A stretch of 42,497 bases of DNA from an uncultured Clostridia bacterium (GTDB lineage: Bacteria; Bacillota; Clostridia; TANB77; CAG-508). The stretch lies in assembly GCA_944387485.1 (NCBI GenBank), contig CALXFC010000003.1, positions 1-42,497 on the forward strand, in the 5' to 3' direction. A program made the translations under genes and the position numbers. The notes under the pieces were generated by a model. The model searched no databases. It was not told where the DNA came from and saw nothing but the letters and a program-made list of their open reading frames with translations. Positions 18,226 to 27,862 of this stretch are shown here, in pieces. How positions within the stretch are numbered: position 1 is the first letter of the stretch; the number at the start of each line of letters is the position of its first letter.

Positions 18226-19578
18226 TTATATATCTTCTCTTACAATTAAATCATCATTTGCAGGGCCTGTTCCTAAATATTTAACAGGAATACCAGAAGC
18301 TTTTTCTACAATTTCAATAAACTTCTTTGCTAAATCTGGTAAGTCATTATAATCTTTGCAAGATGAATCAAGCTTCCAACCACCAATTATTGTTTCATAA
18401 ATAGGTTTTGGTATTTCACCACTTAAATTAATATCATCAGGGTAATGATTAATGATTTTACCTTTATATTCGTAAGAAGTACATACCTTAATGTAACCTA
18501 ATTTTAATCCTATTTCACCAAGAGTATCTAGGTGGTTTAAGCAAAGATAATCTATACCAGATGTGTATTTTGCAGAACGAAGAATAGGGCAGTCCATCCA
18601 ACCACATCTTCTTGGCCTTTTGGTAGTTGTTCCATATTCATGTCCTAAATCACGAATTATATCTCCTTCTAAAGGTTTAGTATCTTTTATGACATTACCG
18701 TTTTCATCTATAGAAGCGGGAAGTTCAGTAGGAAAAGGTCCATTTCCTACACGACTGTTATAAGCTTTATCAACACCTATTACAACATTTAAAGCTTGAG
18801 GAGGAAGGGCAGCTCCACAAAGTGTTCCAGCAACTACTGGGTTTGAACTTGTAACCATTGGGTAATCTCCATGGTCTAAATCTAAGCGAAAGGCTTGAGC
18901 ACCTTCAACAACAATTTTTTCGTTATTATCAATTGCATCTGAAATAATAGGGCTAATGTCTGTAATATATTTTTCTAATTTTTTACCTAATAAATGATAC
19001 TCCTCTGCTAAAGATTTAGCATCTGCAATAGATGTTTCCATATTATTTGCTTTAAATAATTGATTATGAGGCTTAATTGCTTCTTCGATTTTTTCTTCTA
19101 ACTTAGAAGTAGGAAGAAGTAGGTCATACATTCTTATACCTGTACGATTACTTTTATCTGCATAAGAAGGACCAATACCTCTTTTTGTAGTTCCTACTGG
19201 ATGTTTTTTCATATTCTCATATAAAACATCTAATTCTTTATGATAGGGTAAAATAACATGACTGCGTCCACTAATTTTTAATCTTTCATCAATATTTGGA
19301 ATACCTGTGTTTTTTAAAAGTTCAATTTCAGATAAAAGAACTTCTAAATCAAGTACAACTCCTGGTCCTATAATACAAATAGTATTTGGATAAGAAATTC
19401 CTCCAGGTATTAGATGAAGAGGTAGTTTAGTACCTTTATAAATTACCGTGTGTCCTGCATTATTTCCTCCAGTAGCTCTAATAACTAATTTAGCATCTTT
19501 TGCTTCACGTGAGGCGATTTTACCTTTTCCTTCATCACCCCATTTTGTTCCTACAATAACTGTTATATTTTTGTTCAT
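18226..19578 (-). CDS. purA: Adenylosuccinate synthetase
   Basis: WGDEGKGK, GGNNAGHT, GTTKRGIGPSY, EGAQ..LD.DHGDYP.VTSS, EYGTTT.RPRRCGW. Confidence 0.96.
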   Translation of the reverse strand: MNKNITVIVGTKWGDEGKGKIASREAKDAKLVIRATGGNNAGHTVIYKGTKLPLHLIPGGISYPNTICIIGPGVVLDLEVLLSEIELLKNTGIPNIDERLKISGRSHVILPYHKELDVLYENMKKHPVGTTKRGIGPSYADKSNRTGIRMYDLLLPTSKLEEKIEEAIKPHNQLFKANNMETSIADAKSLAEEYHLLGKKLEKYITDISPIISDAIDNNEKIVVEGAQAFRLDLDHGDYPMVTSSNPVVAGTLCGAALPPQALNVVIGVDKAYNSRVGNGPFPTELPASIDENGNVIKDTKPLEGDIIRDLGHEYGTTTKRPRRCGWMDCPILRSAKYTSGIDYLCLNHLDTLGEIGLKLGYIKVCTSYEYKGKIINHYPDDINLSGEIPKPIYETIIGGWKLDSSCKDYNDLPDLAKKFIEIVEKASGIPVKYLGTGPANDDLIVREDI

Positions 19579-19632
19579 GTTACTTCAACCCTTTCTTTGA
19601 ATAATTTTATATATTTTATTAATTTTTAAATT

Positions 19633-20925
19633 CTATTTATTAACTTTTGGTTCTATTTTCTCTAGTCCACCCATATATGGTCTTAAAACCTCAGGAATAA
19701 TTACACTTCCATCTGGCTGATAATTATTTTCCATAATAGAAATAAGCATTCTAGGTGGAGCAACAACTGTATTATTCAAAGTATGAGCAAAATAAGTTCC
19801 ATTTTCACCTTTAATTCTAATACCAAGCCTACGAGCTTGTGCATCTGTTAAGTTAGAACAACTTCCAACTTCAAAATATTTCTTTTGTCTAGGAGACCAT
19901 GCTTCAACATCACAAGATTTTGCTTTTAAATCAGCTAAATCTCCACTACAACATTCTAAAGTTCTTACAGGTATATTCATACTTCTAAAGAACTCTACTG
20001 TGTATGACCACATTTTATCATACCAGTTCCAACTATCTTCAGGTTCACAAACAACTATCATTTCTTGCTTCTCAAATTGGTGAATTCTATAAACACCACG
20101 TTCTTCAATACCATGAGCACCTTTTTCTTTTCTAAAACAAGGAGAATATGAAGTCATAGTATATGGCATATCTTCTTTTTTTAGAATTTGGTCTTTAAAT
20201 TTACCAATCATAGAATGTTCAGAAGTACCTATTAAATATAAATCTTCACCTTCAATTTTATACATCATTGCATCCATTTCTTCAAAGCTCATAACACCAG
20301 TTACAACATCAGATCTAATCATAAAAGGTGGGATACAATAAGTAAAACCTTTATTAATCATAAAATCTCTAGCATAAGTTAATACTGCTGAATGTAATCT
20401 TGCAACATCACCCATAAGATAGTAAAAACCTTGTCCAGCAACTCTTCTTGCACTATCTAAATCGAGTCCACCTAAAGCTTCCATAATTTCACCATGATAT
20501 GGTATTTCATAATCTGGAACTACTGGTTCACCAAATCTTTCAATCTCAACATTTTCACTATCATCTTTACCAATAGGAACTGACTCATGCATTATATTTG
20601 GTATTTTCATCATTCTTGATTTAATTTCTTCAGAATATTTGTGTTCTAATTTTTCATTTTCTTCTAATTTATTATTTATTTCATTTACTTGAGATTTTAC
20701 TTTTTCAGCTTCTTCTTTTTTACCTTCTCTCATTAAGCTACCAATTTGATTACTTAAAGATTTTCTTTCAGACCTTAAGTTATCTCCATTTAATTTAGCT
20801 TCTCTATTTTTAACATCTAAATCTAGAACTTCATCAACTAAAACTAATTTTTCATCTTGAAATTTCTTTTTAATATTATCCTTAACTAAATCAGGATTTT
20901 CACGTAATAATTTAATATCTATCAT
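19633..20925 (-). CDS. serS: Serine--tRNA ligase
   Basis: MIDIKLLREN N-terminal coiled-coil arm, YLIGTSEH, CFRKEKG, RIHQFEK, EVGSCSN.TD.QARR, HTLNNT. GGAGG RBS before ATG 20925; the ORF-track extension is the family A repeat. Confidence 0.96.
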   Translation of the reverse strand: MIDIKLLRENPDLVKDNIKKKFQDEKLVLVDEVLDLDVKNREAKLNGDNLRSERKSLSNQIGSLMREGKKEEAEKVKSQVNEINNKLEENEKLEHKYSEEIKSRMMKIPNIMHESVPIGKDDSENVEIERFGEPVVPDYEIPYHGEIMEALGGLDLDSARRVAGQGFYYLMGDVARLHSAVLTYARDFMINKGFTYCIPPFMIRSDVVTGVMSFEEMDAMMYKIEGEDLYLIGTSEHSMIGKFKDQILKKEDMPYTMTSYSPCFRKEKGAHGIEERGVYRIHQFEKQEMIVVCEPEDSWNWYDKMWSYTVEFFRSMNIPVRTLECCSGDLADLKAKSCDVEAWSPRQKKYFEVGSCSNLTDAQARRLGIRIKGENGTYFAHTLNNTVVAPPRMLISIMENNYQPDGSVIIPEVLRPYMGGLEKIEPKVNK

Positions 20926-20944
20926 AACAAACCTCCATGTCCAA

Positions 20945-20993
20945 TTGGGGACGTTTCCCAATTGCCCATTTTTGGACAATTTGGGACACATCT
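20945..20993 (-). repeat. 49-bp palindromic intergenic repeat, family A copy 2
   Basis: Minus strand AGATGTGTCCCAA-ATTGTCCAAAAATGGGCAATT-GGGAAACGTCCCCAA. Confidence 0.92.
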
Positions 20994-21000
20994 TACCAAT

Positions 21001-21261
21001 TTATTTTAAATAATTTTTTTGAATATCTTCTACTAACGTAAATCTTACTTTTTGACCTGTTATATTATCTGGTCTTTCAGGTATTTTTTCTAAAAACATT
21101 TTCTCAGGTCTAACCCAAATAGACCTTCCATCTTCTCTTTCATATAATGGTTTATAAACAACCATTCTTTCATAAGTTTCCGAGTCATAAGCAATGTTTT
21201 CAACAAAATAGTAATTTCCTTTAAAATGTCTATACACTCTTCCAATTTTTACTTTTTCCAT
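21001..21261 (-). CDS. DUF1653 family protein
   Basis: YRHFKG.YY.V..IA.DSET.E.MVVY..LY...WVRP..MF signature; AGGAG RBS. Confidence 0.9.
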   Translation of the reverse strand: MEKVKIGRVYRHFKGNYYFVENIAYDSETYERMVVYKPLYEREDGRSIWVRPEKMFLEKIPERPDNITGQKVRFTLVEDIQKNYLK

Positions 21262-21396
21262 AAATTAAGTCTCCTTTTCTAAAATACGTGTACATTATAC
21301 CTTATTTTCTTATAAATGGCAATAAAATAGGAAAAATTAAACTAAAGAATATAATAAAAAATTAAAATTTCATGGTAAAAAAATTCAAAAAAACAC

Positions 21397-21426
21397 TTGA
21401 CAAAAGCAGTTTAGATAGTATATAAT
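21397..21426 (+). promoter_or_regulatory. Sigma-A promoter of the infC-rpmI-rplT operon
   Basis: TTGACA-N18-TATAAT. Confidence 0.8.
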
Positions 21427-21432
21427 ATTAGT

Positions 21433-21560
21433 CGTTACAAGAAGAAGTAAAACTTCTCACCCTATCTAAATAAGGAAAAGGGTTAGAATTAAATAAGATT
21501 TAGTATGTTTACTAAATTTGTGGTTTAATTTGACTTGTAACAAAAGTCAAATTTTTTTAT
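21433..21560 (+). ncRNA. Ribosomal protein L20 leader (cis-regulatory RNA with terminator)
   Basis: AAGAAGAAGT-AAA-ACTTCTCACC 5' hairpin typical of Firmicutes L20 leaders, and an AATTTGACTT...AAGTCAAATT-TTTTT terminator just before the infC RBS. Confidence 0.7.
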
Positions 21561-21577
21561 TATTGGAGGTGTTTTTT

Positions 21578-22093
21578 ATAAAACAAGAATTACCTGTCAA
21601 CAGACAAATTAGAGCAAAGGAAGTTCAATTAATTGGAGAAAAAGGTGAGAAACTAGGAGTAATGTCATTAAATGAGGCATTAGAAAAAGCAGAAGATAAA
21701 AATTTAGACCTAGTATTAGTAGCACCAAATGCTAAACCAGTAGTTTGTAGAATGATGAACTATGGGAAATATAAATTTGAGCAAGCAAAAAGAGAAAAAG
21801 AAGCTAAGAAAAAACAAAGAGTATTAGAAGTAAAAGAAATAAGAGTTACTCCAAATATTGAAGAACATGACTTTGGCTTTAAATTAAAAAATGCAAAGAA
21901 ATTTTTAACAGATGGTAACAAAGTAAGAATAACAGTAAGATTTAGAGGAAGAGAAATCAATAACTCTAAAGCAGGAGAAGTTGTTCTAAATAAATTTATA
22001 GAAGGTTTAGAAGATGTTGCAACTGTTGAAAAGAAACCTAAATTAGAAGGTAGAAACATGTTTATAATTTTAGCTAAAAAAGCAGAAAAATAA
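21578..22093 (+). CDS. infC: Translation initiation factor IF-3 (non-canonical ATA start)
   Basis: N.QIRA.EV.LIGE.GE.LG, DLVLVAPNAKP.VC..M.YGKYK, KV..T.RFRGRE, LEGRNM. GGAGGT RBS 7 nt before the in-frame ATA at 21578. Confidence 0.93.
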   Translation: MKQELPVNRQIRAKEVQLIGEKGEKLGVMSLNEALEKAEDKNLDLVLVAPNAKPVVCRMMNYGKYKFEQAKREKEAKKKQRVLEVKEIRVTPNIEEHDFGFKLKNAKKFLTDGNKVRITVRFRGREINNSKAGEVVLNKFIEGLEDVATVEKKPKLEGRNMFIILAKKAEK

Positions 22094-22132
22094 TCTGCAA
22101 TAAAATATAAATAAGCGAAAGGAGTTTTAGTT

Positions 22133-22336
22133 ATGCCAAAATTAAAAACAAATAAAGCAGCTAAAAAGAGATATTCTTTAACAGCTACAGGAAAAGTAAA
22201 AAGAACAAAATCAAACAGAAGACATTTATTAGCAAATAAAACAAAAAGACAAAAGAAATCAGGAAAAATTCAAAACGCATATGCAGACAAAACATGCGAA
22301 AAAACAATTAAAAAATTATTACCATATGGAAACTAA
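22133..22336 (+). CDS. rpmI: 50S ribosomal protein L35
   Basis: MPKLKT.K.A.KR...T.TGK.KR...RRH.L..K; lies between infC and rplT. Confidence 0.95.
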   Translation: MPKLKTNKAAKKRYSLTATGKVKRTKSNRRHLLANKTKRQKKSGKIQNAYADKTCEKTIKKLLPYGN

Positions 22337-22363
22337 TAAGAAATCAAAGGAAGGTGAATTATA

Positions 22364-22714
22364 ATGGCAAGAGTAAAAACAGCAAGAACAACAAGAGCAA
22401 GACATAAAAAAGTATTGAAACAAGCAAAAGGTTACTATGGAGCAAAAAGCTATAGATTTAGAAATGCAAATCAAGCAGTAATGAAATCATTAACATATGC
22501 TTATGCAGGAAGAAAAAAGAAAAAAAGTGATTTTAGAAAATTATGGATAACAAGAATAAATGCAGCAGCAAGAATGAATGGAACAACATATAGCAAAATG
22601 ATAGCAGGACTAAAAAAAGCAAATGTTGAAATAAACAGAAAGATGCTTGCAGAAATTGCTGTATCAGATCCAAAAGCTTTTACAGAAATTGCTGAAATAG
22701 CTAAAAAAGCATAG
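22364..22714 (+). CDS. rplT: 50S ribosomal protein L20
   Basis: MARVK...[40 protein letters not shown]. Confidence 0.97.
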   Translation: MARVKTARTTRARHKKVLKQAKGYYGAKSYRFRNANQAVMKSLTYAYAGRKKKKSDFRKLWITRINAAARMNGTTYSKMIAGLKKANVEINRKMLAEIAVSDPKAFTEIAEIAKKA

Positions 22715-22724
22715 ATAATTAAGA

Positions 22725-22763
22725 AGATAAAGTTATTTTATAGAAAAATAGCTTTATTTTTTT
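22725..22763 (+). terminator. Intrinsic terminator after rplT
   Basis: AGATAAAGTTATTTT...AAAATAGCTTTATTT followed by a T-run. Confidence 0.7.
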
Positions 22764-22837
22764 TGACTGAAATATTGAAAAAAATAAAGAAAAATGATAA
22801 GTTAAAGTTGTAGAAAAAGTATTAAGGAGACAAATGA

Positions 22838-25555
22838 ATGAAAAATAAAATAAAAATATTATTTGAGATATTTGTAATTATATTAATAATGTTTTCTTTT
22901 GGAATAGTTTATGCTAACGATAGTTATGAAATAGATGTAAAAGAAACAGAATATTCAGAAGATTATAAAAAGTGGTTGGAATTAGATGAGGAAGAAAAGA
23001 AAAATACAATACAGCCAAGGAAATACGAAGTAAGTACAAGTGTGGATAATTCAACATATTTAAAAAGTTTAAACAATGTATTTAGAACCCAACAATTGAT
23101 AAGGGCAACAATACCAACAGAATTTAACTTAAAGGATATAATACCAGAAAATGTTGTGATAAGAAACCAAATGCAAACAAATTCTTGCTGGGCATTTTCA
23201 GCATTAGGAATGCTAGAATCAAATTTAGCGTTAAGAGACCAAAAAGCTTCATTACCTACAGTTACATATGATTTTTCAGAGAGACATTTGATTTATTCAT
23301 CAATGAGATCAGCTTTTTTAAACAATCAAATAAATGAATATGGTTTTTCTACAAATATAAGCAATGGTGGCAATATTGGAATGGTATTGGCATATTTGAC
23401 AAATGGAATGGGAGCAATAGATGAAAGTGATTTACCATTTGAAAACAATGAAGACAATATAGATATTTCTGAGATACAAAATAAAGAAGTAAAAACAACT
23501 TTGTATGATACAAAGGAATTTGAAACAGTAACAGAAGAAAATAAAGAAAATGTAATGCAAAGTATAAAAGAACATATTATAAATTATGGTGGAGTATATG
23601 CAAGCATATATGGTGCAAATATGGGAGCTTCAGATTATTATAATAATGAAACAGGTGCTATATACTGTAAGGAAAGAAAAAATTCAGACCATTCTGTTGT
23701 AATAATAGGGTGGGATGATAATTATAGTAGAGACAATTTCAATCAAAATCAAAAACCAGAAGAAAATGGTGCATGGATAGTAAAAAATTCTCGGGGAGAA
23801 AATACAACAGTTACTTTATTAGAAGCAAAACAATTACTATTTGAAGCAGATAAAGAAGGATGCGAGGCAAATAATTGGTATTCCGCAGAACAAATACCAG
23901 ATGCAGATCTTCTAAATTCATACAAACAGGTATATGGAGAAAGCAAAGTTAAGATAGATTCAGGTAATCTTATAGTTGAAAATGGAAATGAAGGATATAT
24001 GTATATTTCATATGAAGATAGCAATGTTTATGCAAATATGATAGGCATTGAAAAAGCAACATATAGTAAGGATTATGATACAATATATCAAAATGATATT
24101 TTAGGACCATCTTTGAGTGTAACAGTACCTGATACTGACGGTGTAAATTTAGCTAATGTATTTCAAAGAGATTCTACTAAAAATGAAGAATTGGATAAAG
24201 TTAGTATATATACAAATCAAAATCAAGAATATAAAGTATATGTAAATCCAAATGGAAGCAGTAAAGATTTAAAAGATTTGGTTGAAGTAAAATTAAAAGA
24301 AGGAGATACACAAGCTGTTAGTGCAGGATATCACATTTTGGAATTTGAAGAACCTATAAGATTAACAGGAGATTCTTTTGTGGTTATGCTACAGATTGTA
24401 AGTGAAGAAGAAGATAAAAACATATCATTAGAATATAAATTAGCCAATACTGGTTGGGAAGCAGTAGAAGTAAATACAGGGGAAAGTTTTTGGACTAATG
24501 ATACAGGACTAAATAATAATGAATGGACAGATTTAGCAACACTAGAAGACTATTCAGGAAACTTATGTATAAAAGCATATACAAATGATGTAGAAGAACA
24601 AGCAATAGGATTATCTGAAATATATATAGATTGTGAACCTGGGAAAACAGTATATAAAGAAGGGGAAAACTTTGATTCTACAGGAATGAAAGTAATAGCA
24701 AGATATAGTGATAATTCAGAAAAGGAAATAAATGATTATGAAATAATAGGAGGAGAAAATTTAACAGAAGGAACAACAACGGTAACGATTAGATATACTG
24801 AAAATGGAATAGTTAGTGATGTTGAACAAAAAATAACTGTAAATAAACAGGAAGAACAAGAATCAGAACAAGAACCGGAATTAGGAGAAGAAACAGAAAA
24901 ACCTACTACCAATGAACCAAATTTATCAGATTTTAGTAATGCAAATGCAAAGATAACAGAAGCTAAGCTATATTTTGATTCAACAAACTTATCAAATTCA
25001 ACAGGGGAAATAACAATTAAGATAACAGGAATAGTATTAGAAGATGAAAATGATATATATAGCTATAGTTATTATTTATCAGGAATTAAAGAAGATATGG
25101 AAAATGAAATAAATGACTGGAAATCTGTAGAAATAACAAAAGAAAATGATGGAACATACTCTATAACGGTAAATGTAAAATCAAATGAATTAAGTAATTA
25201 TGAAGAAATAACTGAATCCGAAAAATTATATTTATATATAAAAGAATCAGTAACTAAAAATGAAGAACCGGAAAATTCTATAACTGGTATGCATGAATTA
25301 GAAATAGAAAATAGTTCTGAACCACAATGTTATATAGATGGTGAATATATAGGAGGAATAGATGATGTACTAAATTATAATAAAAATAGTGAAGTAAATG
25401 GGAATAATACTAATGATACTAATAATATAGATAATACAACAGCATTTGGAATATTGCCATATACAGGTAAGACTATTTTAGCAACAGCAATAATCTTATT
25501 AATTGGTACATCAGGAATAATCGCTTATTATAGATATAAACATATAGACAAATAA
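22838..25555 (+). CDS. Secreted, sortase-anchored papain-like (C1) cysteine protease with lectin-like and Ig-like domains
   Basis: Signal peptide; Q..TNSCWAF (catalytic Cys), DHSVVIIGWDD (His), WIVKNS(R)G (Asn); Ig-like Y.EGE.FD.TGM.V.A.YSD; C-terminal LPYTG + TM + basic tail. Confidence 0.9.
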   Translation: MKNKIKILFEIFVIILIMFSFGIVYANDSYEIDVKETEYSEDYKKWLELDEEEKKNTIQPRKYEVSTSVDNSTYLKSLNNVFRTQQLIRATIPTEFNLKDIIPENVVIRNQMQTNSCWAFSALGMLESNLALRDQKASLPTVTYDFSERHLIYSSMRSAFLNNQINEYGFSTNISNGGNIGMVLAYLTNGMGAIDESDLPFENNEDNIDISEIQNKEVKTTLYDTKEFETVTEENKENVMQSIKEHIINYGGVYASIYGANMGASDYYNNETGAIYCKERKNSDHSVVIIGWDDNYSRDNFNQNQKPEENGAWIVKNSRGENTTVTLLEAKQLLFEADKEGCEANNWYSAEQIPDADLLNSYKQVYGESKVKIDSGNLIVENGNEGYMYISYEDSNVYANMIGIEKATYSKDYDTIYQNDILGPSLSVTVPDTDGVNLANVFQRDSTKNEELDKVSIYTNQNQEYKVYVNPNGSSKDLKDLVEVKLKEGDTQAVSAGYHILEFEEPIRLTGDSFVVMLQIVSEEEDKNISLEYKLANTGWEAVEVNTGESFWTNDTGLNNNEWTDLATLEDYSGNLCIKAYTNDVEEQAIGLSEIYIDCEPGKTVYKEGENFDSTGMKVIARYSDNSEKEINDYEIIGGENLTEGTTTVTIRYTENGIVSDVEQKITVNKQEEQESEQEPELGEETEKPTTNEPNLSDFSNANAKITEAKLYFDSTNLSNSTGEITIKITGIVLEDENDIYSYSYYLSGIKEDMENEINDWKSVEITKENDGTYSITVNVKSNELSNYEEITESEKLYLYIKESVTKNEEPENSITGMHELEIENSSEPQCYIDGEYIGGIDDVLNYNKNSEVNGNNTNDTNNIDNTTAFGILPYTGKTILATAIILLIGTSGIIAYYRYKHIDK

Positions 25556-25580
25556 AAACGAGGATTGCCTCGTTTTTATT
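25551..25580. terminator. Bidirectional intrinsic terminator
   Basis: AATAAAAACGAGG-ATTG-CCTCGTTTTTATT overlapping both convergent stop codons. Confidence 0.85.
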
Positions 25581-25968
25581 GCTTTTTCATTTTTGGTTTT
25601 GAGATAAGAGCAGCAAGATACCCAAAGAAGACAGCTGCAGCAATACCACCTGCGGCAGCCTTAACACCACCAGTAAAAGCACCAATCAAACCACTTTCTT
25701 TAACAGCTTCAATAGCACCTTTTGCTAAATTGTATCCAAATCCAGTAAGAGGAACAGTTGCTCCAGCACCTGCAAAATCTACTAGATATTGATAAATTCC
25801 AAGACCTCCCAATACAGCGCCAGTAGTAACAAAAATAACTAAAATTCTTGCAGGAGTGAGCTTGGTTTTATCAATTAAAATCTGTCCAATAACACAAATT
25901 AATCCTCCAACTATAAAACACTTAATTAAAGAAGAAATTTCAAAAACATTAGCCCAGTTTATATCCAT
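25576..25968 (-). CDS. spoVAE: Stage V sporulation protein AE (SpoVAE/SpoVAEb)
   Basis: F.VGGLICVIGQILID.TKLTPARILV, FAGAGATVPLTGFG, GG.AAAV.FG.L.AL..KPK. Confidence 0.92.
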   Translation of the reverse strand: MDINWANVFEISSLIKCFIVGGLICVIGQILIDKTKLTPARILVIFVTTGAVLGGLGIYQYLVDFAGAGATVPLTGFGYNLAKGAIEAVKESGLIGAFTGGVKAAAGGIAAAVFFGYLAALISKPKMKKQ

Positions 25969-26002
25969 AAATAGTCCTCCTTTTGATATATATTATAAAT
26001 AT

Positions 26003-27004
26003 TTAAAGTTCAATACTGATTGCATGAGCAATTCCAGGAATACTCTCACCTTGTTGAGAACTTGTGGAATTCATTAAAGCACCAGTAGCAATTAAAAGAA
26101 GTTTCTTTAAATTCTTTTCTCTTAATTGTTTAAATAAATATCCAGAAAATACTGTAGCACAACAAGCACAACCACTTCCGCCTGAATGAGTGTCCTGAGA
26201 ATTTTTATCAAATATAAGTACACCACAATCATTATAATTAGATTTAATATTATAACCTTGGGATTTAGCAATATCTATTGCAATGTCTTTACCAATGTGA
26301 CCTAAATCGCCACTGATAATTGCATCATAATAACTAGGAGACCTATTAGTATCAGTAAAATGTGTAATTAAAGTATCAGCAAAAGCAGGTGCCATAGCAG
26401 CTCCCATGTTATTTGCATCTTTAATTCCCATATCAACAATTTTACCAGGCGTTATATGGGTGATGTAAGGACCGTTCCCGTTTTGTGAAAGAATAGCAGC
26501 ACCACTACCAGTTACAGTCCATTGACTAGTAGGAGGCCTTTGATTTCCTAGTTCTAACGGAAATCTAAATTGCTTTTCAGCGCTACAAAAATGACTAGAC
26601 GTAGCACAAAGTACATGTTTTGCAAAACCTTCTGTACAAATTGCACCTAATGATAAAGATTCAACAAAGGTAGAACAAGCACCAAATACACCAAAAAAAG
26701 GAAGGTTTATTTCTCTTAAACCAAAACTAGATGAAATACATTGGTTTAATAAATCACCTGCAAATACGCAGTCAATGTCTTGGGAAGAAATTCCGGATTT
26801 TGAAATTACCATATTAGTAGCTTCTTTAATTATTTTACTTTCAGCTTTTTCCCAAGAATTTTCACCCCAAAATTCATCTTCTAAAGTTTTATCAAAATAT
26901 TTAGCTAAAGGACCTTGTGATTCTTTAGGACCAACAATACTACTACATTCTAAAATTGTTGGTGGGTTATCAAATTTTATAGTTTGTTTACCAATTTTTT
27001 TCAA
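26003..27004 (-). CDS. spoVAD: Stage V sporulation protein AD
   Basis: GPKE..GPL, SWEKAE, AGDLLNQ, GACST, SSHF.SAE.QFRFP.E.G.QRP, NMGAAMAPA, GGSGCAC, ESIPGIAHA. Confidence 0.95.
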   Translation of the reverse strand: MKKIGKQTIKFDNPPTILECSSIVGPKESQGPLAKYFDKTLEDEFWGENSWEKAESKIIKEATNMVISKSGISSQDIDCVFAGDLLNQCISSSFGLREINLPFFGVFGACSTFVESLSLGAICTEGFAKHVLCATSSHFCSAEKQFRFPLELGNQRPPTSQWTVTGSGAAILSQNGNGPYITHITPGKIVDMGIKDANNMGAAMAPAFADTLITHFTDTNRSPSYYDAIISGDLGHIGKDIAIDIAKSQGYNIKSNYNDCGVLIFDKNSQDTHSGGSGCACCATVFSGYLFKQLREKNLKKLLLIATGALMNSTSSQQGESIPGIAHAISIEL

Positions 27005-27033
27005 AAAATCATCTCCTAACTTTTGATAAAAAA

Positions 27034-27100
27034 GGGGACAGGTCTATTTTGTTCCAAATTTCCATTATTTTATAAAATGGAACAAAAAAGGGGTGTCCCC
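27034..27100. repeat. Long palindromic repeat GGGGACA...TGTCCCC, family B copy 2
   Basis: GGGGACA-GGTCTA-TTTTGTTCCA...TGGAACAAAA-AAGGGG-TGTCCCC, lying inside the spoVA operon. Confidence 0.8.
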
Positions 27101-27107
27101 AAAAGTT

Positions 27108-27572
27108 TCAGACTAGTGTTACACTCTGAGTGTTAAAAATTAAGAAAATAATACCTATTAAAATAGAAGTAGAAATTCCGAAAACTAAAACAGGACCAGC
27201 GACTGTAAACATCTTTCCACCAACACCCATAACATATCCTTCTGATTTATATTCCATAGCGGGAGAAACAATTGAGTTTGCAAATCCTGTAATTGGAATC
27301 AATGAACCTGCTCCTGCAAATTTTCCTATTTTATTAAATAAATTCAGACCAGTGAGGAATGCAGAGATTCCTATTAATAAAATGGAAACAATTGTGCCAG
27401 AAGTTTGTGTATCAAAACCACGTTCTTTACATATATTAAGAATAACCTGGCCAATTGTACAAATAAGTCCACCAACCCAAAAAGCGTTAAAACAGTTTTT
27501 GAAAATTTTTGAATTAGGTGATTTTTTATCAACATAGTCTTGGTAGGTTTTGTTACTTTCTAAAGGATTCAT
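27108..27572 (-). CDS. spoVAC: Stage V sporulation protein AC
   Basis: AF.VGG.IC..GQ, FAGAGS..PITGFANS..SPA.E.KSEG.V.GVG.KMF..AGPV.VFG. Confidence 0.95.
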   Translation of the reverse strand: MNPLESNKTYQDYVDKKSPNSKIFKNCFNAFWVGGLICTIGQVILNICKERGFDTQTSGTIVSILLIGISAFLTGLNLFNKIGKFAGAGSLIPITGFANSIVSPAMEYKSEGYVMGVGGKMFTVAGPVLVFGISTSILIGIIFLIFNTQSVTLV

Positions 27573-27582
27573 AAAACACCTC

Positions 27583-27801
27583 CTAATTGTTTTTACGATT
27601 TACATCTATAGTAAAACTTAAATCTAAGTCAACAAAATACTCGGAAATTTTATCTCCGTCTATGTTTGCTCGTTGTTCAATAATTTTTACTTCTGATAAA
27701 TAATCAATAGTCTTAGATGCTTCAGCTATTGCTTTAACAATAGCGTCTTTCCAAGAAATAGTAGAATTTCCTGTAATTATTAAATGTTTTTTTATATCCA
27801 T
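27583..27801 (-). CDS. Dodecin-family small protein
   Basis: K.L.I.G.S..SW.DA...A..EASKT......V......I....I.EY.V....SF pattern; GGAGG RBS. Confidence 0.8.
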   Translation of the reverse strand: MDIKKHLIITGNSTISWKDAIVKAIAEASKTIDYLSEVKIIEQRANIDGDKISEYFVDLDLSFTIDVNRKNN

Positions 27802-27832
27802 ACCTAAACCTCCAAATAAGAACTTTTAAAAA

Positions 27833-27862
27833 TATCTTTTCCAATTAAAAGAAAAAATATAC
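27833..27862 (-). promoter_or_regulatory. Forespore (SigF/SigG-like) promoter for the dodecin-spoVA operon
   Basis: Minus strand GTATA-N15-GGAAAAGATA, matching the SigF consensus. Confidence 0.6.
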
